Below, piece after piece: positions 1 to 7,710 of a DNA stretch of 64,000 bases. Source of the stretch: Flavobacteriaceae bacterium (GTDB taxonomy: Bacteria; Bacteroidota; Bacteroidia; Flavobacteriales; Flavobacteriaceae); contig PBNP01000027.1 of the NCBI GenBank assembly GCA_002723295.1, forward strand, positions 8,006-72,005. The letters are read 5' to 3'. Position 1 is the first letter of the stretch. Every line of letters starts with the position of its first letter. The notes beneath the pieces were generated by a model that searched no databases, was not told the DNA's origin, and saw nothing but the letters and a program-made list of their open reading frames with translations. Position numbers and translations under genes: made by a program.

Positions 1-2
1 CT

Positions 3-878
3 TTTGAAAGTTTAGCTTTAGCTGGAGGATTTGATAGTTTTTCTGCACATAGAGCTCAGTATTTTAATCCTGATGGTGATGGGATAATGTTTTTTGAAAA
101 AGCAATGAGGTTTGGCTCTAAGTACCAGGACAATTTAAAATCTATGCAAATAAATTTATTTGAAGAAGAAGTAAGCTCAACCTTTGAGGATTTTAATATT
201 CCAGAGTGTGAAACCTGGTCTAATTTGGAATTACTAAAAAAAGAGAAAGAGGTAGTAGGTATATATATATCTTCTCATCCACTTGATAACTATAAAAAAG
301 AAATTGAGAACTTTTCTACAACTCCATTAACTATTCTTAACAATTTGGAAAAAATAATTAATAAAGATTTTTATTTCAGTGGAATAATAAATGAGGTTGA
401 ACACCTTATTTCAAGAAATGGATATAATTTTGGAAGGTTTATTTTGGAGGATTTTTTCGATCAATATGAATTTAGAATTTTTGGAGAAGAGTATTTAAAA
501 TTTAAACACTTCATTGAAGCCTATCAATTTATTAGAATAAAAGTTTCAATTAGAGAAGGATGGAAAAATAGAGAAACAGGAAAAATTGGACCTCCAAGAA
601 TTAAGTTTAATCATTTTGAATTACTAAGAGATACTATAAAAATTAACTCAAAAAAACTTATTCTAAGTTCAGATTTAAACTTTTTAGATGAGGATCAAAT
701 AAGTAAAATACAAAAAATTCTTAACCGTTATAAGGGAAATAAACCTATAAGTTTTGATGTATATCATCCTAAAGATAAAATGAGGATTATATTAAATAGC
801 AGAAAACAAAAAGTCGATGTCTGTCCAGAACTTTTAGATGAATTAGATACAGCATCAATAAAATATCAAATAAAATAA
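3..878 (+). CDS. dnaE: DNA polymerase III alpha subunit, C-terminal fragment (5' end outside window)
   Basis: The frame of ORF 87..878 stays open back to position 3 (FESLALAGGFDSFSAHRAQYFNPDGDGI precedes the first Met). KKEKEVVGIYISSHPLD plus an OB-fold-like tail is typical of the Pol III alpha C-terminus. TAA stop at 876-878. Confidence 0.75.
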   Translation, partial: FESLALAGGFDSFSAHRAQYFNPDGDGIMFFEKAMRFGSKYQDNLKSMQINLFEEEVSSTFEDFNIPECETWSNLELLKKEKEVVGIYISSHPLDNYKKEIENFSTTPLTILNNLEKIINKDFYFSGIINEVEHLISRNGYNFGRFILEDFFDQYEFRIFGEEYLKFKHFIEAYQFIRIKVSIREGWKNRETGKIGPPRIKFNHFELLRDTIKINSKKLILSSDLNFLDEDQISKIQKILNRYKGNKPISFDVYHPKDKMRIILNSRKQKVDVCPELLDELDTASIKYQIK

Positions 879-893
879 TTTTGGTTATTTTTG
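876..893 (+). promoter_or_regulatory. candidate Bacteroidota -7 boxes upstream of trxA (TAATTTTG 876-883, TATTTTTG 886-893)
   Basis: Both 8-mers match the TAnnTTTG consensus described for Bacteroidota primary-sigma promoters. They lie 25 and 15 nt upstream of ATG 909. Confidence 0.4.
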
Positions 894-908
894 CTTCAAA
901 TTAATTTT

Positions 909-1226
909 ATGGCTTTAGAAATTACAGATTCGACTTTTGAAGAATTAGTTTTAAAATCGGACAAACCAGTTATGGTTGACTTTTGGGCGGAATGGTGCGG
1001 CCCATGTAGAATGGTAGGACCAATTATTGATGAAATAAGTAATGATTTCGAAGGCAAAGCAGTTGTAGGGAAATTAGATGTTGATTCAAATCAAGAATTT
1101 GCATCTAAATATGGTGTTAGAAATATTCCTACAGTTTTAATATTTGATAAAGGTGAACTTGTAGGAAGACAGGTTGGAGTAGCTCCCAAGAATTCATATG
1201 TTGAACAACTAAATGCTCTTTTATAA
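909..1226 (+). CDS. trxA: thioredoxin
   Basis: 105-aa product from ATG 909 (the ORF track starts at TTG 891). Shows the WCGPC redox motif in FWAEWCGPCRMVGP and the NIPTVLIF block of classical thioredoxins. Confidence 0.85.
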   Translation: MALEITDSTFEELVLKSDKPVMVDFWAEWCGPCRMVGPIIDEISNDFEGKAVVGKLDVDSNQEFASKYGVRNIPTVLIFDKGELVGRQVGVAPKNSYVEQLNALL

Positions 1227-1255
1227 ATAATTAAATATAGCATTTTATAATTCTA

Positions 1256-1263
1256 TATATTTG
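1256..1263 (+). promoter_or_regulatory. candidate -7 box TATATTTG for tRNA-Asp
   Basis: Exact TAnnTTTG match 14 nt upstream of the tRNA 5' end. The same 8-mer sits 15 nt upstream of tRNA-Phe at 42538-42545. Confidence 0.5.
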
Positions 1264-1277
1264 CAATCGTTAATAAA

Positions 1278-1351
1278 GGTCTGGTAGTTCAGTTGGTTAG
1301 AATACATGCCTGTCACGCATGGGGTCGCGGGTTCGAGTCCCGTCCAGACCG
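1278..1351 (+). tRNA. tRNA-Asp (anticodon GTC)
   Basis: 74-nt cloverleaf folded by eye: acceptor GGTCTGG/CCAGACC, anticodon stem CATGC/GCATG with loop CTGTCAC, T-loop TTCGAGT. CCA is not encoded. Confidence 0.9.
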
Positions 1352-1361
1352 CTTCAAAGCT

Positions 1362-1399
1362 CCGTGAGGTGTTTAACCCCAACACTTTACGGGTTTTTT
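1362..1399 (+). terminator. Rho-independent terminator after tRNA-Asp
   Basis: 12-bp stem CCGTGAGGTGTT / AACACTTTACGG (two G:T wobbles), 7-nt loop, followed by GTTTTTT. Confidence 0.65.
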
Positions 1400-1535
1400 A
1401 ATTTTTTCTTCCAGTCAATCTTAAAAAAGGTTTTTTTAAGAAATCAGTATCATTATCAAATAAATCTTTTTGAAACATATTCATAGTATAATGAATATCG
1501 TTTATATTTAAAAGATATAAATGGCCTATTAATAA

Positions 1536-2093
1536 ATGAAAAAAATCACCTTAAATTACTGGGGAATTATTTTACTTATCTTTATTGCTTCTTTTTCTAG
1601 ATTAGTTCCACATATTCCAAACTTTACTCCAGTAGGTGCTATTGCTTTATTTGGCGGGGCATATTTTAAGGATAAATCTTATGCTTTTTTAATACCTATT
1701 TTTTCTCTTTTTGTTAGTGATTTAATCATTAACAATCTGTTTTTAAATAATTTTTCTCAAGAATTTACTTTGATTTATCCTGGTTTTTATTGGCAATATT
1801 TTAGTTTTATATTAATCATACTAATTGGAATTTTTGGATTAAATAAATTTAATTTTAATAAACTTTTAATATGCATTATAGGGTCTAGTTTAGTTTTTTT
1901 CATTATAACTAATTTTGGGGTATGGTTTTCTGGGACAATGTATTCTAAAAATATAATTGGACTAGTTTCATGTTATATAATAGCTATTCCTTTTTATAAA
2001 GCCACTTTACTAGGTTTTTTAATTTATTCTTTTTTGCTTTTTGGAATTGCTGAGCTTTTTAAATCAACAAGATTAGCAAATTATAATAGATAG
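1536..2093 (+). CDS. small polytopic membrane protein, DUF6580-like putative transporter component
   Basis: 185 aa, about 5-6 hydrophobic helices. The N-terminal SRLVPHIPNFTPVGAIALFGGAYF block resembles, from memory, the DUF6580 family. No riboswitch-like leader was seen. Confidence 0.45.
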   Translation: MKKITLNYWGIILLIFIASFSRLVPHIPNFTPVGAIALFGGAYFKDKSYAFLIPIFSLFVSDLIINNLFLNNFSQEFTLIYPGFYWQYFSFILIILIGIFGLNKFNFNKLLICIIGSSLVFFIITNFGVWFSGTMYSKNIIGLVSCYIIAIPFYKATLLGFLIYSFLLFGIAELFKSTRLANYNR

Positions 2094-2112
2094 GTTTTAA
2101 TCTTCTTAACAA

Positions 2113-3228
2113 TTATATAGCATCAACAACAGTTCTGAAACCAGCGTGAATTGAACTTGTGTCTGGAGTTGTTTTCATTCTCATTGAATTTCTATATCCT
2201 GAACAATACGATTCATTACATAAAAAACTTCCCCCTCGCATAACTTTTTTATCAAGATAGGGTTCATTTGGATCATAACTATTTTTAGGGCCAATTGGGT
2301 TATCAGCAATTTGATTTTCAAAGAGTTTATAGTAATTATAATCATACCAATCTGAACACCACTCCCAAACATTCCCGGAAATATCATGCAATCCATATCC
2401 ATTAGGGGGAAATTTTTTGACAGGCGCTAAAAACTCAAAATTATCTTCCATTGAATTATTATATGGGAATAAACCATTCCATGTATTTGCTTTTGAAGAA
2501 ATTAAACTTATTGGAGAATTACCCCAAGAATAAATCGAATGCTCTATACCACCTCTTGAAGCATATTCCCATTCAGCTTCAGTTGGAAGACGCTTGCCAG
2601 CCCATTTACAATATTCTTGTGCATCATTCCAGCTTATATGAACTACAGGAAAATTGTCCTTTCCATCTATTGAACTACCTGGTCCCCATGGATGTTTCCA
2701 GTTGACACCTTTTGAAAACTTCCACCATTGTGAATAATCATTTAATTGCACGGGTGAAGAAGTGTAATTGAATAAAAGAGATGATGGAGCAAGAAGACTA
2801 TCATCTGGTTTAGGAGTATTGGGAGGTAAATTTTTTTTCATCTCATCCCAATTTATTTCCTTTTCAGCAGTAGTTATATATCCAGTTTGATCAACAAATT
2901 TTTTAAATTGAGCATTAGTCACTTCAGTTTTGTCCATCCAAAAAGCATTTATTTTAACTGAATGTTTTGGAAATTCATCTTCAAAACCATTTGAGTCATC
3001 AGCTCCCATTTCAAAAGTTCCAGAAGGAATTAATACCATCCCGCTAACTAAAATTGAATCTTGAATTGATTTGACGGAAGATACAACTCTAGTCTTTTCT
3101 TTATTTTGAGATACAGGATGAAAATCCGAATTAGATTTATTAGATATTTCAAAACAACTAACAAGACTTTTAAATAATATTCCGTAAAAAATTATACTTA
3201 GAGACAAAAATTTTTTTTTATTTTTCAT
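2113..3228 (-). CDS. formylglycine-generating enzyme (FGE/SUMF1 family), predicted lipoprotein
   Basis: Shows the GNVWEWCSDWY, RGGSF and CSGYRNSMR blocks typical of the FGE-sulfatase domain, and an N-terminal signal with LVSC lipobox. Overlaps the downstream sulfatase gene by 11 nt. Confidence 0.8.
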   Translation of the reverse strand: MKNKKKFLSLSIIFYGILFKSLVSCFEISNKSNSDFHPVSQNKEKTRVVSSVKSIQDSILVSGMVLIPSGTFEMGADDSNGFEDEFPKHSVKINAFWMDKTEVTNAQFKKFVDQTGYITTAEKEINWDEMKKNLPPNTPKPDDSLLAPSSLLFNYTSSPVQLNDYSQWWKFSKGVNWKHPWGPGSSIDGKDNFPVVHISWNDAQEYCKWAGKRLPTEAEWEYASRGGIEHSIYSWGNSPISLISSKANTWNGLFPYNNSMEDNFEFLAPVKKFPPNGYGLHDISGNVWEWCSDWYDYNYYKLFENQIADNPIGPKNSYDPNEPYLDKKVMRGGSFLCNESYCSGYRNSMRMKTTPDTSSIHAGFRTVVDAI

Positions 3229-4744
3229 CTAATACAGGGATATTGAATTTTTTAATTTTAGCTTTTGTATGTGCTTTTTCCATCGATATTTCCATTTTTT
3301 TAACAATCTGAGGATACGAATCGGCTAAGTTATTTATTTCTTTTGGATCATCATTCAAGTTATAAAGTTGAAGCTTTGAGGGACCTTTTAATAAATTTTT
3401 TTTGATTCCTTTCCATTTATTAATTCTAATAGCTTGTTGTCCTCCATAAGCCGGAAATTCCCAGTAAAGGTAATCGTGTTTTTTTTGTTTCTTCCCAACC
3501 AATGTAGGATAATAACTTATACCATCATTCTTATAAGATGAAGGTTTCCCTATAATATCAGAGACAGTAGCAAAAAAATCATAAAAAGTGCTAGGATGAT
3601 TTGAGGTTGTCCCCGATTTAATTCGTTTAGGCCATGTTGCAATAGTGGGTACTCTAATTCCACCTTCGTTAATACTACCTTTAACAGTTTTTTTAGAATT
3701 TACAAATATTCCTGCACTGTTAAAAAAATGAATGTCAACTTGGTTTAAATGAGTGGGACCATTGTCACTAGTAAAAATTATGAGAGTATTTTCATATTTA
3801 CCAATTTTTTTAAGTTTTGCAACAATTTCACCTACTTGCTCATCCAAGTAGGAAATCATAGCAGCATAAGTTGCTTTAGGAAACTGGTTTGGATAATAAC
3901 CTTTACCACCTATGTAAGGTTTTTCATCCCCTATTTTTTTTCTATAATAGTTTACCCATTTTTTTGGAGTTTGAAGAGGTAGGTGAGGAAGAGGACTGGC
4001 ATAATAAAGAAAAAATTTATTGTCTTTATTTCTATCTATAAAACTCAGTGCTTCATTGTGCATCAGAGTTGGCGCGTAATCATTTTGATTATAAACTTCA
4101 TAGTTTTTGGAATCATTTGGATCAGCACCTGTTTTAAGAGCCCCTTTGTCAACAATTTTATTTTTAAGAATCTCTCTATCTTTATTTTTCCACAAATGAC
4201 TTGGGTATAGCGTATGAGCTTGTCTTTGACAATTATACCCATAGAAAAAATCAAAGCCTTTATTGTTTGGAATACTATTTGTGTTAGGAGCGCCAAGACC
4301 CCACTTACCAACCATTCCAGTTTTATAATGGTTAGACTGTAAATAAGTTGCAACTGTTTTTATTGAGTCCGGAAGAGGACGTTGACCTTCAAGTTCAGGA
4401 TTTTTAAACATTGCTTCAAAACTCCAAACATCTCCCCGTTCTTTCCATTCATCATTTCCTCTAACTGGACTATTTCCTGTATGCAGTCCAGTCATTAAAA
4501 CTGCACGCGCTGGAGCACAAACTGGTGAACCAGAATAATGATCAGTTAAAATCATTCCTTCTTTTGCTAACTTATCAATGTTGGGAGTTTCAATTATATT
4601 TTGACCAAAAACCCCTAATTCACCATATCCTAAATCATCAGCTAGAATAAACACAAAATTTGGAGAATCAATTGTTTTTTTTGTTTCTAAGCATGAAACC
4701 AAAAAAAACAATAGTGTGACGATAATTATTAATTTTTTTTCCAT
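3218..4744 (-). CDS. Cys-type sulfatase (S1 family), predicted lipoprotein
   Basis: Shows the ADDLGYGELG metal-binding start, CAPARAVLMTG (C-x-P-x-R formylglycine motif), GKWGLG and IFTSDNGP. Lipobox is LVSC. Confidence 0.85.
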   Translation of the reverse strand: MEKKLIIIVTLLFFLVSCLETKKTIDSPNFVFILADDLGYGELGVFGQNIIETPNIDKLAKEGMILTDHYSGSPVCAPARAVLMTGLHTGNSPVRGNDEWKERGDVWSFEAMFKNPELEGQRPLPDSIKTVATYLQSNHYKTGMVGKWGLGAPNTNSIPNNKGFDFFYGYNCQRQAHTLYPSHLWKNKDREILKNKIVDKGALKTGADPNDSKNYEVYNQNDYAPTLMHNEALSFIDRNKDNKFFLYYASPLPHLPLQTPKKWVNYYRKKIGDEKPYIGGKGYYPNQFPKATYAAMISYLDEQVGEIVAKLKKIGKYENTLIIFTSDNGPTHLNQVDIHFFNSAGIFVNSKKTVKGSINEGGIRVPTIATWPKRIKSGTTSNHPSTFYDFFATVSDIIGKPSSYKNDGISYYPTLVGKKQKKHDYLYWEFPAYGGQQAIRINKWKGIKKNLLKGPSKLQLYNLNDDPKEINNLADSYPQIVKKMEISMEKAHTKAKIKKFNIPVLDEK

Positions 4745-4749
4745 ACTCT

Positions 4750-6207
4750 TTAGATGTCTTTATTATTATTGCTAATTAGAAAGTTTAAACTATCAACAAA
4801 CTTTTGATCGTATTCAGGATTTTTTTTTAAAGGAATAGGAGCTTTTTTATCTTCTCTCCACTTATTTAAATCACTAAATAGTTCTTCTGTCTTCTCTTTA
4901 TTTATTTCACTTAAGTCTTTTGATTCCGAAATATCTTCTTGGATGTTATAAAGTTCTAATTTATTATCTTCAAAGTAATGATGTAATTTCCAATCATCTT
5001 TAATTATTACTGATCCTGGTCTTGTTCTAAATAAAGGATCAGTTCCATTATCTAAATAAACATTATAAGACTCCAGGTAAATAGGAAAATGAAAGAATAA
5101 TGACCTGCTAACTAATTTTTTCTTTTCAAAAATTGGACTAAGGTCTAATCCGTCCAATTTTATTTTTTTTTCATAACCAACTATTTTTTTTATGGTTGGG
5201 AAAAAATCAATATTTGAAACTCTTTCGAAAGATTCACTTTTTACTTTTATTTTTCCCCTCCAAGAAAAAATTAATGGCACTTTAATTCCTCCTTCATAAT
5301 AAGACCCCTTACCAGCTTTAAGGGGAAATTGATTTGAAATAGCCCTAATTCCCCCATTGTCTGAGGTGAAAATTATTAATGTTTTATCTAATAGATTTAA
5401 TTCATCAATTTTATTTAAAATTTTACCAACATTTTCATCAAGTGATTGAATCATCCCAGCGTAATCAGCTCGATTATGATTTTCATCTCCTTTTATCTTT
5501 AAATACTTTTGCTCATATTCTCCTTTTGATTGAATAGGAGTATGGACAGAATAAAATGGAACATATGCAAAAAATGTTTTGTTTTTATTATCATCAATAA
5601 ATTTTATGACTTCACTTCCTATTCTATCTGTAAGATATTCTCCATCAGGCCCATTTTTAAGCATAGGATTTGTATATGGAGAAAAATATCCTCCTTTTCC
5701 TGGACCCCCTTTTTCAAAACCCCCAATGTTTACATCAAACCCGTTATCTTCTGGATAAAATCCTTTAGGACCCATATGCCATTTTCCAAAATGACCATTT
5801 ATATATCCTTTGCTTTTTAGCATTTCAGGAATTAAAAAAAAATCTAAATCAAGAATTTTATTATTCTTAATAGGTATTAATTTTCTTGTCTTTTTATTTC
5901 CTCTATCAGAATTACCTACAGTATATATTTTGTGTTCTGTAGGATATTTTCCTGTAAGCATGGAAGCTCTGCTTGGCGCACAGTTTGCAGCAGAAGCATA
6001 AGCATTGTAAAATATCATTCCACTTTCTGCTAGTTTGTCAATGTTTGGAGTCTGATAATAATTGGAACCAATAAATGACAAATCAGTCCAACCAAGATCA
6101 TCTGCCATTATTAAAACTATATTGGGATTTTCATCTTTATTTTTAATTGATTGACAAGAGATGTAAGTAATTATAAGTATTAAAGTCAGTATTTTTTTCA
6201 TAATCAC
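4750..6207 (-). CDS. Cys-type sulfatase (S1 family), predicted lipoprotein
   Basis: Shows MADDLGWTDL, CAPSRASMLTG, GKWHMG and IIFTSDNGG. Paralogue of 6294..7706. Confidence 0.85.
   Translation of the reverse strand: MIMKKILTLILIITYISCQSIKNKDENPNIVLIMADDLGWTDLSFIGSNYYQTPNIDKLAESGMIFYNAYASAANCAPSRASMLTGKYPTEHKIYTVGNSDRGNKKTRKLIPIKNNKILDLDFFLIPEMLKSKGYINGHFGKWHMGPKGFYPEDNGFDVNIGGFEKGGPGKGGYFSPYTNPMLKNGPDGEYLTDRIGSEVIKFIDDNKNKTFFAYVPFYSVHTPIQSKGEYEQKYLKIKGDENHNRADYAGMIQSLDENVGKILNKIDELNLLDKTLIIFTSDNGGIRAISNQFPLKAGKGSYYEGGIKVPLIFSWRGKIKVKSESFERVSNIDFFPTIKKIVGYEKKIKLDGLDLSPIFEKKKLVSRSLFFHFPIYLESYNVYLDNGTDPLFRTRPGSVIIKDDWKLHHYFEDNKLELYNIQEDISESKDLSEINKEKTEELFSDLNKWREDKKAPIPLKKNPEYDQKFVDSLNFLISNNNKDI
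5711..5765 (-). repeat. arm 1 of a 55-nt perfect inverted repeat shared with 6718..6772
   Basis: The reverse complement of 5711-5765 equals 6718-6772 base for base. Encodes GFYPEDNGFDVNIGGFE. Confidence 0.9.
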
Positions 6208-6293
6208 TTATTTTTTTAATCTACAAATAAATATTATTTATATTCAACTTATAAACCTTAGTTTTTTTATGGGAAATATTGTATAAATATAAT

Positions 6294-7706
6294 ATGAATC
6301 AACTTTTTAAACTTCTTTTTGTCCTTTTATTTATAACAGGATGTTATTCAAAAAAAACAAGACCTAATGTAATTTTTATATTAGTTGATGACTTAGGGTG
6401 GAATGATTTAGAATATTCAGGAAGTACATTTTATGAGAGCCCAAATATTGATAATTTATCTAACGATAGTTTTCAGTTTATAAATGCATATGCTGCGAGT
6501 CCAGTTTGTTCTCCGACAAGAGCTTCTATTATGACAGGGAAACATCCTGCTAGGGTAAATATTACAGATTGGATTCCTGGATCCGATCCAAAAAACAGAC
6601 CTCTATTAGGACCACAAGACCTACATCAGCTTCCAATAAATGAAATCACCATAGCTGAAAAGTTAAAAGAATCTGGGTATAAAACTTTTTTTACAGGTAA
6701 ATGGCATTTAGGATCTCAAGGATTTTATCCAGAAGATAACGGGTTTGATGTAAACATTGGGGGTTTTGAAAAGGGAAGTCCAATGGGAGGATATTACTCT
6801 CCATACAAAAACCCAAAATTAAGTGATGGTCCAGAAGGTGAATATCTTACAGATAGGTTAACAGATGAATCAATTAGATTAATTAATAAACATAATAAGA
6901 ATCAGCCATTTGCTCTGTTTCTTTCATTTTATAATGTCCATACTCCTATCCAAGCTAATTTAAAACATGTAGATTATTTTAATCAAAAATTGTCTAAAAT
7001 GAATGACAATTCTGTTAGAATAAAAAATGAGGGAGAGGCAATCACTAGATTAAATCAAACCGATGCAAAATACGCCTCTATGGTTTATGCAGTTGATGAA
7101 AATGTAGGAAGACTTATTAAAAGCCTTAAGGATAATGATTTGTATGAAAATTCGCTTATAATTTTTACATCTGATAATGGTGGATTGTCAACACTAAGAA
7201 AAATTGCACCAACTTCAGTGTATCCATTAAGGGCTGGTAAGGGATGGCTCTACGAGGGAGGAATTAAAATTCCTCAATTAATTAAAACACCTGGGAACAA
7301 AAAAAATGTAATAATTGATGATTTAACAGTTTCTTATGATCTATTTCCAACTATCTTGGATTTTGTTGGAATTGAAAATAATAAACAAATTGATGGTGTA
7401 AGTTTAATGGCAACACTAAAAGAACGGTCTAAAATTGATAGAGAAGATATTTTTTGGCATTTTCCACATTATCATGGAAGTTTATGGAAACCGGGCTCGG
7501 CGATTAGGTCTGGTAATTGGAAATTAGTATTTCATTATGAGACAAATTATGCTGAATTATATAATCTTAAGGATGATCCTGGGGAATTAAATGATTTATC
7601 ATTATCATTTAATTATAAAAAACAAACTCTCTTAAAAAAATTAAATAAATTGAAGGATGAAACAAATGCAAATTCAGTTTCAATAAATTTTAATTATAAA
7701 AATTAA
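6294..7706 (+). CDS. Cys-type sulfatase (S1 family), predicted lipoprotein
   Basis: Shows VDDLGWNDL, CSPTRASIMTG, GKWHLG and IIFTSDNGG. ATG 6294 (MNQLFKLLFVLLFITGC) is preferred over the TTG 6279 of the ORF track. Confidence 0.85.
   Translation: MNQLFKLLFVLLFITGCYSKKTRPNVIFILVDDLGWNDLEYSGSTFYESPNIDNLSNDSFQFINAYAASPVCSPTRASIMTGKHPARVNITDWIPGSDPKNRPLLGPQDLHQLPINEITIAEKLKESGYKTFFTGKWHLGSQGFYPEDNGFDVNIGGFEKGSPMGGYYSPYKNPKLSDGPEGEYLTDRLTDESIRLINKHNKNQPFALFLSFYNVHTPIQANLKHVDYFNQKLSKMNDNSVRIKNEGEAITRLNQTDAKYASMVYAVDENVGRLIKSLKDNDLYENSLIIFTSDNGGLSTLRKIAPTSVYPLRAGKGWLYEGGIKIPQLIKTPGNKKNVIIDDLTVSYDLFPTILDFVGIENNKQIDGVSLMATLKERSKIDREDIFWHFPHYHGSLWKPGSAIRSGNWKLVFHYETNYAELYNLKDDPGELNDLSLSFNYKKQTLLKKLNKLKDETNANSVSINFNYKN
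6718..6772 (+). repeat. arm 2 of the 55-nt perfect inverted repeat
   Basis: AAGGATTTTATCCAGAAGATAACGGGTTTGATGTAAACATTGGGGGTTTTGAAAA, identical to the reverse complement of 5711-5765. Confidence 0.9.
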
Positions 7707-7710
7707 AATC

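Noticed and set aside
891-908. TTG- or upstream-Met-extended gene models from the ORF track (trxA 891, sulfatase 6279, GH16 33245, DAG-kinase-like 35240, coaX 42615).
   Set aside because: In each case an ATG a few codons downstream gives a canonical N-terminus (a thioredoxin start, or a signal peptide/lipobox). For trxA, GH16 and coaX a TAnnTTTG box would fall inside or at the extension.
1398-1535. Possible riboswitch or leader, and a 28-codon minus-strand ORF (1398-1484), upstream of the DUF6580-like membrane protein gene.
   Set aside because: I saw no conserved riboswitch core, such as a cobalamin-box-like GC-rich element. The region is plain AT-rich spacer. The mini-ORF overlaps the tRNA-Asp terminator T-run and has no support.
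2181-6001. Short ORFs from the six-frame track inside or antisense to the FGE and sulfatase genes (2181-2402, 2451-2705, 3749-3982, 3983-4210, 4063-4353, 5530-5820, 5810-6001).
   Set aside because: All lie within long ORFs that carry strong family motifs. Their products are low-complexity and Ile/Phe/Lys-rich, as expected from translating AT-rich DNA off-frame. None has a promoter box or an independent motif.
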